This document shows positions 9,487 to 18,551 of a DNA stretch of 64,000 nucleotides, piece after piece. Within the stretch, counting starts at the first letter, position 1, and every line of letters starts with the position of its first letter. Position numbers and translations under genes: made by a program. The stretch is taken from contig OZ251997.1 in assembly GCA_965247095.1 (NCBI GenBank), positions 1,632,001 to 1,696,000 of the forward strand, read 5' to 3'. The notes under the pieces were generated by a model that searched no databases, was not told where the DNA came from, and saw only the letters and a list, made by a program, of their open reading frames with translations. This DNA is from Candidatus Multivorans sp. GTDB lineage: Bacteria > Acidobacteriota > Thermoanaerobaculia > Multivoradales > Multivoraceae.

Positions 9487-9512
9487 GCCTTGTCCTTTCA
9501 CTCAAGCCCTGG

Positions 9513-9605
9513 GAACCCGGGTGGCGCGATCCGCGCCACCCGCGAACCAGCCGCGCGCCCGTCATCGGGCGCGCGGCTGAAACGCGGGCGTCTCGCCCGC
9601 ATCCG
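9513..9605 (+). repeat. Double-hairpin REP-like repeat, copy 2, with third hairpin
   Basis: GGGTGGCGCG-ATC-CGCGCCACCC, AGCCGCGCGCCCG-TCAT-CGGGCGCGCGGCT, then GCGGGCG-TCT-CGCCCGC. Confidence 0.85.
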
Positions 9606-9681
9606 GTGCCGCCGCCCGCTCCTCGGCGACAGTCTCTGTCATCCCATCCCACTCGGAGTCGGGGAGCGATGTTACCTGCTC

Positions 9682-11238
9682 TTAGAAGTAGAGCTGGACC
9701 GCCTTCCCGTGCAGCTCGGCCAGCGTCGACCGCCTGCTGATCCACATCGGCTCGGCAAGCTCCGCTTCCCAGCTTGCCAACGCCGCTTCCAGGCGTTCGA
9801 CGACTTCGGGGTGCTGGTCCGCCACGTTCTCCTGCTCGCCGATGTCCGCTTCCAGATCGTGGAGCACGGTGATCTGGCCGTGCACGGACACCGGCGGGTA
9901 GTCCTGCTCCGGCAGCAGGCGGACGCGGCGGCTGAGCACGGAGGCCGGGTCCTGGTCGGTCAGGTCGACCCGCCACAGCTTCCACCGGCCTGAACGGACG
10001 GCCGCGTTGGGGAGGAACCGCCAGAACAGGTACTCGTGCGGCGCCGCTTCCTCCTCGCCGCGCAGGTACGGCAGGAGATCGACGCTGTCGGCCGTCCGCG
10101 CGTCGGACCCGACCGCCGACGCCAGGGTCGAGTACAGATCGAGGGTGCTGGCCGGCCGGAGGTAGACCTCGCCCTGCGGCAAACCCGCGGGCCACTTGAC
10201 CAGGTAGGGCACCCTGATGCCGCCGTCCAGGTGGTAGCGCTTGCCGCCGGAGAGGGGTGAGTTCGTGCAGATGACGGCCGGCATGTAGTTGATGCAGCCG
10301 TTATCCGAGAGGAAGACGACGAGCGTGTTCTCCTCGAGCCCGTGGTCGCGCAGCGTCGCCGTGACCCGGCCCACCATGTCGTCGACGGACGAAACCATGG
10401 CAGCGAAGATGCGCGCCCCTTCTTCCTCGATGTGCGCGAAGCGGGAGACGTACTCGTCGGTGGCCTGAATCGGCGTATGCGGGGCGTTCGGCGCCAGCAT
10501 GAGGAAGAACGGCTCGTCCGCGTGGCGCTCGATGAATGAGACGGCGCGGTCCGCGAACACGTCGGTCAGGTACTCGTCGACCTCGACGACCTCGTAGCCG
10601 TCCATGATCGCGCGCGGGCCATCGCCACGGTTGGCGCCCGGCGAGCGAGGACCGATGGACTCCGGGCTGGGCGTGGTCGGGCGCGGCCAGGAGTGGGCGC
10701 CGGAAGCGGCCGGGTCGAGGTAGCTGGTGCCACCGCCGAGCAGTCCGAAGAACTCGTCGAAGCCCCGTTTGATCGGGTGGTACTGCTCGCGTGCGCCGAG
10801 GTGCCACTTCCCCACCAGACCGGTTGCGTAGCCGGCCTCGCGCATCATGTCGCCGATCGTCGTCTCGCCGGTCGGGAGCCCGAGTTCGGCGTCGGCGTTC
10901 CGTTCGTAGTTCGCGGTTGGGTTGTACTCGTAGCCGAACCGGTTCTGGTAGCGGCCGGTGTAGAGACCGGCTCGCATCGGGCTACAGACCGCGGCGGAGG
11001 CATAGCCGTCGGTCAGACGGATGCCGTTCGCCGCCAGTTCGTCGATGTGCGGGGTCGAGATGACCGTCGATCCGTTGGCGCCGATATCGCCGTAGCCGAG
11101 GTCGTCGGCAAGGATGATGATGACGTTGGGCGGGGGCGGGGTCGGTACGTCGGCAGCCTCGGGTTCCGGACCGCAGCCGGCCACGGCAAGGGCCAGCGCG
11201 AGGGCCGACGCCGCAATAGTCCAGTGATGCGTCTTCAT
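9682..11238 (-). CDS. Sulfatase (arylsulfatase type), lipoprotein
   Basis: ADDLGYGD, CSPMRAGLYTGR (CxPxR), GKWHLG and SDNG motifs; lipobox VAGC. Confidence 0.93.
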   Translation of the reverse strand: MKTHHWTIAASALALALAVAGCGPEPEAADVPTPPPPNVIIILADDLGYGDIGANGSTVISTPHIDELAANGIRLTDGYASAAVCSPMRAGLYTGRYQNRFGYEYNPTANYERNADAELGLPTGETTIGDMMREAGYATGLVGKWHLGAREQYHPIKRGFDEFFGLLGGGTSYLDPAASGAHSWPRPTTPSPESIGPRSPGANRGDGPRAIMDGYEVVEVDEYLTDVFADRAVSFIERHADEPFFLMLAPNAPHTPIQATDEYVSRFAHIEEEGARIFAAMVSSVDDMVGRVTATLRDHGLEENTLVVFLSDNGCINYMPAVICTNSPLSGGKRYHLDGGIRVPYLVKWPAGLPQGEVYLRPASTLDLYSTLASAVGSDARTADSVDLLPYLRGEEEAAPHEYLFWRFLPNAAVRSGRWKLWRVDLTDQDPASVLSRRVRLLPEQDYPPVSVHGQITVLHDLEADIGEQENVADQHPEVVERLEAALASWEAELAEPMWISRRSTLAELHGKAVQLYF

Positions 11239-11279
11239 GGTTCCGCTCCTCCTGTGTCTCCTCGTTCTGAATCAGGCCG

Positions 11280-12755
11280 CTACCTGCAGCTCCAGTTCGC
11301 GGCGTCGTTCACGTCGCCCTCGCCGTTGTACTTCGCCGCCTTCGGATGGGCGCAGAGCGGGCGCGTGAAGGCCGGTTCGGGGCCCGGACGACTCGCCTCG
11401 ATCCGTTCCGGCGCGACGCCATTCTCCGTCCAGGCCACCAGCGGGTCCACGTAGTCCGCCACCCAGGCGCCGGGGCCGCGGCCGCAGTGGATCATGCCGG
11501 GGACCATGAACAGGCGGTAGAACTCGCCCGCCTCGTCCGCGCCGCCGCTCTCCTTCTCGACGTCATGTAGGTAGTCGATCGCACGCTGCGGACGCAGGGG
11601 GTAGTCGTTCCAGCCCTGGTACATCAGTAGCTTGCCGCCGCGGGCCCGGAACGCGGAAAGGTCCGCCGTGAGCACGTCGAGTGGAGCTGTGGCGTCGGCG
11701 ATCTGGTCGCGGTCGGCGACCGGGTCGAATGTCTCGACGTCGAAGTCCGGCTCGAAGCACATCAGGGCATCGAGCAACACATCCATGCCGTCGATCAGGG
11801 ACTGGTCCGGCGCGCCTCGCCGGGCCGTGGGCAGCATCCAGCCGGCCCAGTCGCCGGCGTCCTCGGCCCCCGGCGGCACGCCGGGTGAGAGGACGTTGCC
11901 GTCCGCGTCCACCACGTCTTCGTACATGTAGCGCGCGGTCTGGAGTTGGCCCGCGGTCAGGCAGTTCTTCGTCGAGTCCGGAGGGCACTGGAGCGCGTTC
12001 AGGTCGAAGACGTCGGCGGTGCACTTCGTCGGATCGTCGATCACGCCGTCCTCGACTCCGTCCAGAGCGTCGCAGGCCTCGCGGGACGCCTTGCCGAGCA
12101 ACTGGAGCGACTCCTCGGTCAGCGGGTGCTTCGCCTGCAGGCGAGCCCCGCCCATCATCCAGGGCACGAACTCCTGGAAGCGGAAGGCGGGCGCTCCGGC
12201 CAGGATGCCGTCGTAGTCGTCCGGGAAGCGGGTCGCCTCCAGCATCGCCGCCCGGCCGCCGTTCGAGCACCCCTTGAGGTAGGCGCGGTCGATCTCTCGG
12301 TCGTAGTACTTCTGGATCACCCGCTTGGCGGCCCCGGTCGCCAGGTGGACACCGCGGTAGGCGTAGTCGAGCAGCGCCTCGGGCTGCCGCGTGTAGTCCC
12401 GGTCCTGGCCTTCGTGGCCGGTGTCGGTCGACGCCATCGCGAAGCCGCGGCTCAGGAGACTTGTCGTGTCGCCGATGAAGCCGGCGGCGCCGCCGACGGT
12501 GCTGAACATCATGCGGCCGTTCCAGTCGTCGGGCAGCGTGACCTCGAAGCGGATCGCCCGGTTGACGACGCCGCGCACCCGGCAGTGGGCCGGCGCCCGC
12601 TCCGAGGCCGGCACCCGGAATCCCGGCTCGACCGCGTGGTCGAGATCGGTCAGGGCGACCAGGCCGCGGCAGTTGCGATCGGTGTCATTGGCAACAAGGG
12701 GCGCTGCGGCAACCAGGAGCAGCAGCAGGGTGTGCGCGGAAAGTCGGGTCGTCAT
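11280..12755 (-). CDS. Tannase/feruloyl esterase family alpha/beta hydrolase
   Basis: STDTGH, GCSNGG and VPGMIHC (CS-D-HC) motifs; signal peptide. Confidence 0.92.
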   Translation of the reverse strand: MTTRLSAHTLLLLLVAAAPLVANDTDRNCRGLVALTDLDHAVEPGFRVPASERAPAHCRVRGVVNRAIRFEVTLPDDWNGRMMFSTVGGAAGFIGDTTSLLSRGFAMASTDTGHEGQDRDYTRQPEALLDYAYRGVHLATGAAKRVIQKYYDREIDRAYLKGCSNGGRAAMLEATRFPDDYDGILAGAPAFRFQEFVPWMMGGARLQAKHPLTEESLQLLGKASREACDALDGVEDGVIDDPTKCTADVFDLNALQCPPDSTKNCLTAGQLQTARYMYEDVVDADGNVLSPGVPPGAEDAGDWAGWMLPTARRGAPDQSLIDGMDVLLDALMCFEPDFDVETFDPVADRDQIADATAPLDVLTADLSAFRARGGKLLMYQGWNDYPLRPQRAIDYLHDVEKESGGADEAGEFYRLFMVPGMIHCGRGPGAWVADYVDPLVAWTENGVAPERIEASRPGPEPAFTRPLCAHPKAAKYNGEGDVNDAANWSCR

Positions 12756-12785
12756 TGGTGTTCCTGGGCTGAGATGTGTCGAAGA

Positions 12786-13631
12786 TCAGGCTGCCACGCC
12801 GGCGCGGGCGATGAGCGCCACCGTGCCGTCGGCCTTGGCGATCCAGACGAAGGCAGCCGTGCGCGTCGGATCGTCGAGGTCGGCGCCGGTCACGACGCCG
12901 TTCGCGGTGATCGTGTCCCCGGGCCAGACCGGGTTCGTGAACTTGAGATCGAAGGAGCCGCTCCGCCACCACGCCTCGCCGAAGCGCTCCTCCAGGATGT
13001 GCCCCACATAGGCCATGGTCATCCGGCCACCGACCACCACGTCCTGGAAGCCCAGCTCCCGCGACGCTTGCTTGTCGGTGTGGTAGCTCGCGTTGCCGTG
13101 GAAGAACTGGCCGCACATCTCGAGCGAAACGGTGCGCTCCAGCCCGCCGAACCGCTCGCCGTCCGGGACCTCGAAGCGGCGCGCACCGGGTTTCCGGCGG
13201 GGATCGCGCAGTTCGACATCGCCGGCGTACTCCTGGTCGCGCAGGAAGCTCTGATGGTGGTGGGTCTCCAGGACCTGGCGACCGGCGCCGTCCTTGAGTC
13301 GGACACGGTAGTCCACGACGACACGGTTCCGCCGGTCGTAGATGTCGCAGATATCGCCCTCGACCCGGTAGGCGGCCCCCGCCTCCATCGGCGCCGAAAG
13401 GGCCCACTCCTCACGCATCCAGAGATGGCCCGTCTGGTTGGCGAACGCAATCTCGCGGAAGTAGTCGCCGTCCGGGCCGCTGGCGATGGTCGAGGGCAGC
13501 AGGCCGCTGGTCGGCGGGTCGAGTTCCAGGCCGCCGTAGTGGTCGGCAAGAACAGCGTCATCGACCACGAAGGTCCCAGTGCTCAGCCGCTTGCCGACGT
13601 ACGGCCCGTTCCCATTCGACTGGTCCATCAT
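12786..13631 (-). CDS. Double-hotdog MaoC-like dehydratase
   Basis: SYHTDKQASRELGF..VVVGG and FTNPVWPGDTI motifs; GGAGGAG RBS. Confidence 0.8.
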   Translation of the reverse strand: MMDQSNGNGPYVGKRLSTGTFVVDDAVLADHYGGLELDPPTSGLLPSTIASGPDGDYFREIAFANQTGHLWMREEWALSAPMEAGAAYRVEGDICDIYDRRNRVVVDYRVRLKDGAGRQVLETHHHQSFLRDQEYAGDVELRDPRRKPGARRFEVPDGERFGGLERTVSLEMCGQFFHGNASYHTDKQASRELGFQDVVVGGRMTMAYVGHILEERFGEAWWRSGSFDLKFTNPVWPGDTITANGVVTGADLDDPTRTAAFVWIAKADGTVALIARAGVAA

Positions 13632-13638
13632 CTCCTCC

Positions 13639-13704
13639 CTACCAGCGAGCGGAAGCGTGCGGGTCCTCACAGATGATGTGGACGTGCTCGAAGGTCAGCG
13701 CCAT
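13639..13704 (-). pseudogene. 21-codon N-terminal stub of a VOC/glyoxalase-family gene
   Basis: Translates to MALTFEHVHIICEDPHASARW-stop, matching a VOC first beta-strand with His plus the following helix. Confidence 0.55.
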
Positions 13705-13755
13705 CTGGCAGCCTGGGTTCGGTGTTGGCCTCAGCCTATCGCTGCCGGGCGACGA

Positions 13756-14832
13756 CTACGCACCGGCCACCAGCGGCCACAACCCGTCGCCGCCGGCTTC
13801 GACCGCCATCGAGCCGACCTTCTGCTGCCAGGTTCCCTCGTCGCCGTCCGCGTCACGCCATGTCCAGAGGCGGCGGGTGAAGCGGTGCAGGTCGTGCTCG
13901 CGCGTGTAGCCGATCGCGCCGTGGAGTTGGTGGGCAATGCGGGTCACCTCGTAGCAGGCCTCGCTGGCGCGGGCCTTGGCGCAGGCCGCCATGAAGGTGG
14001 CGTCGCCGCTGCCGCCATCGAGCGCGGCTTCGACCGCCGCGATCGCTGTGTCCGCGGCGACGCCGACCACCGCCGCCTGACTCGCCATCACCGCAACCAG
14101 TTGCTGTACTGCCTGAAACCGGGCCAGCGGGCGCCCGAACTGCACACGGCCCTGCACATGTTCGATCGTCAGGTCCAGGATCCGTTCCATCGCGCCGGCG
14201 ATCATCGCGCTGCGCGCGGCAGCCATCAGGATCGATGGAGCCGGCCCTCGGCCCAAGCTGCTCGACTGACCCTCCGGGATCGGCGGCAGCGCGCCCAGCC
14301 GGCCTATCGGCTCGCCGGCGCTGTTCGTGCCGCGCTCGAGGTCGACCTCGCCGGCGGCGATCCAACCCACGCCGCCGGCGCCATCAGCGACGACCACGGC
14401 CGCGATCTCGTCCGGCCAGAGCACCTCCGCGGCGTCTGAACCGGTGACGAGCCCTAGCGGCCCGGACGGCGCCTCGAGACCGGCGCCTAGGAGCACCCGC
14501 CGCCCGATCATCGTCTCGACGAAGGGCAACGGCAGCGCGAAGGCTCCGGCCGCGCGCGCCACAGCCATCGCGTCGCCGAACTCGACGCCGGCGCCCCCGG
14601 CCCCTTCGGGCAACAGCATGTCCACCAAGCCGTTCTCCTCGATCATCAGCCAGTGATCGACCGGGAAGCGGCCGGCCTCGACGCCTTCGAACACCTCGTC
14701 TTCCGTTGCCGCCTCGAACAGCCGGAAAGCCGTATCCAGGAGAAGCTGGCGCGGTGCCATCCGAGCGCCCGAAGACGGGCGCTCGGACTGGTTCGCGGAC
14801 CGGCGCGGGTCGCGCCGCCCGGGTGCGCTCAT
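13756..14832 (-). CDS. Acyl-CoA dehydrogenase, short partner subunit
   Basis: RVQFGRPLARFQAVQ and HQLHGAIGYTREH motifs; ATGA overlap with the upstream ACAD. Confidence 0.9.
   Translation of the reverse strand: MSAPGRRDPRRSANQSERPSSGARMAPRQLLLDTAFRLFEAATEDEVFEGVEAGRFPVDHWLMIEENGLVDMLLPEGAGGAGVEFGDAMAVARAAGAFALPLPFVETMIGRRVLLGAGLEAPSGPLGLVTGSDAAEVLWPDEIAAVVVADGAGGVGWIAAGEVDLERGTNSAGEPIGRLGALPPIPEGQSSSLGRGPAPSILMAAARSAMIAGAMERILDLTIEHVQGRVQFGRPLARFQAVQQLVAVMASQAAVVGVAADTAIAAVEAALDGGSGDATFMAACAKARASEACYEVTRIAHQLHGAIGYTREHDLHRFTRRLWTWRDADGDEGTWQQKVGSMAVEAGGDGLWPLVAGA
14754..14824 (-). repeat. Double-hairpin REP-like repeat, copy 3 (inside ACAD N-terminus)
   Basis: GTGCCA-TCCGAGCGCCCG-AAGA-CGGGCGCTCGGA-CTGGTTCGCGGACCGGCGCG-GGT-CGCGCCGCCCGGG. 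Confidence 0.85.
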
Positions 14833-15986
14833 CGCAACCTCAGGCCGCGGGCAACGATGCCCCGCAGAATCTCGGTTGCGCCGCCCTGAATCGTGTACGA
14901 AGGCGCGGCCATGACCACCTGCTGCAGGATGTCGAGGAGCGTCCCGTCAACGATCCCCTCGTCGGCCGCGACGCGGCGCACCGCCTCCGGTACTTCCTGC
15001 TGGAAGTTGGTGCCGAGGTCCTTGACCAGGGCCGACTCGACATTCGGCGTACCGCCGGCCTCAAGCGCTGCCGCTACGGAGATCGAAGCGGCGCGCAGCG
15101 CCCAGAGCCGGCTGACGAGCCGCCCGGCCTCGCGCCGGGCCGCCGGCGAAGCACTCTGCCCCAGCACATCGACCAGCGCCCGCAGCAGATGAAAGTTGGT
15201 GAGGAACCGCTCCGGACCGCTGCGCTCGTAGGCCAGTTCGGACGTCACCTGCGCCCAACCGTCGCCGGGATTGCCAAGCAGGCAGTCGTCGGGCAGGAAG
15301 GTGTCCTCAAAGAAGACCTCGTTGAAGTCGTGACGGCCGGGCAGGTCGATGATGGGGCGGACCGTGATCCCGTTCGAGTTCCTGAGGTCGATGATGACCT
15401 GGCTCATCCCGGCATGCCGCTTGTCCGACTTCGGCTCGGTGCGGAGCAGCGCGACGCAGAACTCCGCCTGGTGCGCATAGGAGGTCCAGATCTTCGAACC
15501 GTTGACCCGCCAGCCGCCGCCGGTGCGCTCGGCGCGGGTGCGGATCGAGGCCAGGTCCGAACCCGAGTCGGGCTCGCTCATGCCGACCGCAAAGGAGATC
15601 TCGCCGCGGGCGATCGGCGGCAGGAAGCGCTGCTTCTGCTCCTCGGTGCCGAAACGCAGGATGCTCGGGCCGATCTGGCGGTCGGCGAACCAGTGGAACG
15701 CGGTCGGCGCGCCCGCCGCCAGCAGTTCCTCGGTGACGACGTAGCGCTCCAGGTAGCTCCGCTCCGAACCGCCGTACTGCCGTGGCCAGGTCATGCCGAT
15801 GAAACCGGCCGCGCCGAGTGCTTGGCTGAGCGCCGGGTTGCGGCCCCACCACGACAATCCGTCCGCTAACCAAACGCCCGCGGCGCGCGTCTCTTCCAGT
15901 AGATCGCGGACCTGCGAGCGCAGGTTCCCGGCAGTCTCGGGAAGAACGGCTGGCGAGAAACGAAGATGGATGCTCGGCGCCTTCAC
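14829..15986 (-). CDS. Acyl-CoA dehydrogenase (start GTG 15986 or ATG 16076)
   Basis: GMSEPDSGSDLAS, VNGSKIWTS, FNEVFF, LAYER and TIQGGATEI motifs. The ORF-track start at 16658 overlaps the divergent gene and is unlikely. Confidence 0.9.
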   Translation of the reverse strand: MKAPSIHLRFSPAVLPETAGNLRSQVRDLLEETRAAGVWLADGLSWWGRNPALSQALGAAGFIGMTWPRQYGGSERSYLERYVVTEELLAAGAPTAFHWFADRQIGPSILRFGTEEQKQRFLPPIARGEISFAVGMSEPDSGSDLASIRTRAERTGGGWRVNGSKIWTSYAHQAEFCVALLRTEPKSDKRHAGMSQVIIDLRNSNGITVRPIIDLPGRHDFNEVFFEDTFLPDDCLLGNPGDGWAQVTSELAYERSGPERFLTNFHLLRALVDVLGQSASPAARREAGRLVSRLWALRAASISVAAALEAGGTPNVESALVKDLGTNFQQEVPEAVRRVAADEGIVDGTLLDILQQVVMAAPSYTIQGGATEILRGIVARGLRLR

Positions 15987-16005
15987 AGCGGAGCGGCAGC
16001 GTACC

Positions 16006-16076
16006 AACCCGGGTAGCGCGGAACGCGCTACCCGCGAACCACTCCGTGCGCCCGTCAGCGGGTGCGCGGATGACAT
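16006..16076 (+). repeat. Double-hairpin REP-like repeat, copy 4
   Basis: GGGTAGCGCG-GAA-CGCGCTACCC, GCGAACCAC, TCCGTGCGCCCG-TCAG-CGGGTGCGCGGA. Confidence 0.85.
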
Positions 16077-16100
16077 GAGACTCCGCCACCAGCGAATAGG

Positions 16101-17678
16101 ATGCGACTCATGACCGAGACCCGCAAACCGAGACGATTCCTCGCCTTTCTGAAGTGGACCGGCATCACCGTGGCCGGTCTGGCCGGACTGGCGCTGGTGC
16201 TGAACCTGACCACCGGAATGCACCTCCAGATGACCGGCAACTTCATGCCGCAACTGGACTTCCACGACGAGGACCGGCATTACCGCGCCCTGGAGGCCCA
16301 TCGGGACCGGAGCGCGGAAGTCGCGCCGGCCCCCGATCCCGAGCAACCGGAACCGACCGAGGTCCCCGACGGCGACAACGCTCCGGGGCCCGAGGCCGAA
16401 CGCAGTGACGCCGCCGCGCAAACGAACGAGGGCGCCGCCCCAGCCGCCGTCGTCGCAACAGACCTGCCGGAAGACGCAACCCAACCGGATCCGCCGGTCG
16501 AAGGAGCTCTTCCCGCCGGCTCCTGGCCCTACTACCGGGGCCTCCACATGGACGGCCGCTATCCCGAGCCGATCAACACCGTCTGGCCCAAGGCCGGCCC
16601 ACCCGAGCTGTGGCGGATTCCCGTCGGTGGCGGCTATTCCTCCTTCGTCGTCGGCCACGGACTCGCCTACACGATCGAGCAGCGCCGCGAGCAGGAGGTC
16701 GTCGCGGCCTACGACGTCCTGACCGGCGTCGAACGCTGGTCAGTGAGCTGGGATGCCCGCTTCGAGGAGAGCATGGGCGGCGACGGTCCCCGAGCTACAC
16801 CAGCCCTTCACGGCGGCACGCTGTTCGCGCTCGGCGCCACAGGCGAATTCCGGGCGCTCGACGCGGTCACAGGCAAAGGGATCTGGCGCACGAACATCCT
16901 CGACGACGCGGGCGCCACCAACCTGAACTGGGGCATGGCGGCGTCACCCGTAATCATGGGCGACGCCGTGCTCACCGCACCTGGCGGCCCGGACGGCGCG
17001 GTGATCGCCTACGAGCTCGCCACCGGCGCCATCCGCTGGCGGGCGCTCGACGCCCAGGGCGCCTACACCGCGCCGGCCGTGTTCACCCTGGACGGACTTT
17101 CCCAGATCGTCCTGATCGGCGGCGACCAGGTCATCTCCCTGGCAACCGACGGCAGCCGGACCTACTGGAGCCGGCCCTGGGCGACGATGAACGGGATCAA
17201 CGCCGCGCAGCCGCTGCAGGTCGCGCCGAACCGCGTGTTCGTGTCGTCCGGCTACGGCCACGGCGCCGCGATGCTCGAGGTCGAAGCGGACATCGAGGCA
17301 AACGCCGCCGAAGTCAGTGAGATCTGGTTCAGCAACCAGATGAAGAACAAGTTCTCGAGCTCCGTGCTCCACGAGGGATACATCTACGGCCTCGACGAGG
17401 GCATCCTCGCCTGCATCGACCCGGCTACCGGCGACCGGGTCTGGAAGGGCGGCCGCTACGGCCATGGCCAGATCCTGCTCGCCTCAGGCCACCTGGTCAT
17501 CACCACCGAACGCGGCCACCTCGTTCTGGTGCGCGCCACCCCCGAGGGTCACCAGGAGGTCGCCGCCCTGCCGGCCGTGGCGGGCCGCACCTGGAACAAC
17601 CCCGCGATCGCCGAGGGCATCCTGCTGGTCCGCAACGACCGCGAAGCGGTGGCGTTCGACCTGCGGCCGCAGACCTGA
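16101..17678 (+). CDS. PQQ-binding-like (BamB-type) beta-propeller protein, membrane anchored
   Basis: N-terminal TM helix; WPYYRG, GGGYSS, GPRATP and repeated ALDAxTGxxxW blades. Confidence 0.88.
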   Translation: MRLMTETRKPRRFLAFLKWTGITVAGLAGLALVLNLTTGMHLQMTGNFMPQLDFHDEDRHYRALEAHRDRSAEVAPAPDPEQPEPTEVPDGDNAPGPEAERSDAAAQTNEGAAPAAVVATDLPEDATQPDPPVEGALPAGSWPYYRGLHMDGRYPEPINTVWPKAGPPELWRIPVGGGYSSFVVGHGLAYTIEQRREQEVVAAYDVLTGVERWSVSWDARFEESMGGDGPRATPALHGGTLFALGATGEFRALDAVTGKGIWRTNILDDAGATNLNWGMAASPVIMGDAVLTAPGGPDGAVIAYELATGAIRWRALDAQGAYTAPAVFTLDGLSQIVLIGGDQVISLATDGSRTYWSRPWATMNGINAAQPLQVAPNRVFVSSGYGHGAAMLEVEADIEANAAEVSEIWFSNQMKNKFSSSVLHEGYIYGLDEGILACIDPATGDRVWKGGRYGHGQILLASGHLVITTERGHLVLVRATPEGHQEVAALPAVAGRTWNNPAIAEGILLVRNDREAVAFDLRPQT

Positions 17679-17708
17679 GACCGATCGCGGCGCCCGCCGG
17701 CGGAGGGC

Positions 17709-17823
17709 CGCCGTTTGGCCCGCTGGCTCGTCGCGGTTAGCCCCGCCAACTCTCGGCCGTTTGCCCCGCTAGAACTTGGCCGTTTATCCCGCTAGAACTT
17801 GGCCGTTTGTCCCGCTGAACTCC
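17709..17823 (+). repeat. Tandem array of 5 x 23-bp direct repeats
   Basis: Units at 17709, 17732, 17755, 17778 and 17801; consensus GGCCGTTTRYCCCGCTAGAACTT; the first two are degenerate. Confidence 0.85.
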
Positions 17824-17836
17824 GTTCGCCATCCCG

Positions 17837-18313
17837 ATGAGGCCGGCCTGGTCGCCCCACCTACGCTCGCGGGCAGTGCTGCGCGAAGCTCCAAAGAGAC
17901 ACTTCGTCGATCCTTCCCTGGCCGTGGCCGCTCTGCAAGCCACACCGACCCGCCTGCTGGATGATCTGCCCTTCCTCGGCCTGCTCTTCGAGTCGCTCGT
18001 CATCCGCGACCTCCGCATCTACGCCCAGGCCAACGACGCCGAGGTCTTCCACTATCGAGAAAAGAACGGCCTGGAAGTCGACGCGATCGTGCAGGCCGCC
18101 GACGGGCGCTGGGCGGCGTTCGAGATCAAGTTGGGCCACCGCTGGTTCGATGAAGGCGCCAAGAACCTCCGCCGCCTCGCCCAGCGCGAACCGCGCGCAG
18201 CGAGGGACACGCAAAGCAAGCCGTCCGCTCTGGCCGTGATCGTGCCGAACGGCTACGGCGCCGTCCGAAACGACAATGTCGGCGTCATCCCCATCGGAGC
18301 GCTTGGGCCGTAG
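17837..18313 (+). pseudogene. DUF4143 C-terminal fragment of an AAA+ ATPase-DUF4143 protein
   Basis: PAWSPHLRS, PKRHFVDPSLA, FESLVIRDL, YREKNGLEVDAIV...EIKLG and IPIGALGP motifs; no Walker A/ATPase portion. Confidence 0.8.
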
Positions 18314-18551
18314 GTTCCTGCCTCCCCTTTGGTGTAGTGGCTCAGACAGATACGAGACGGAAGGGCTTGCAATGAGTTAGGGGGATCGCCAGGCCGTCGG
18401 CCGTCTCGGGACGCCCCTGAAACAACCCGGCCACCGCCCAAGGCATCCTCCTGGACCGCAACGACAGCGAAGCTGTCGCCAACGATCTGCGACCGCAGAC
18501 GTAGCATCTGAGGACGCTCTCGAGCCGCCAAGGCGGTTCAGGAACGCGCCG

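Noticed and set aside
17709-17823. Possible CRISPR or guide-RNA array
   Set aside because: Units are contiguous with no unique spacers, and no cas or other RNA-guided effector gene is recognisable; kept only as a tandem repeat.
18331-18410. tRNA-like start (GTAGTGGCTCAG)
   Set aside because: No T-loop GTTCRA motif, acceptor stem or cloverleaf.
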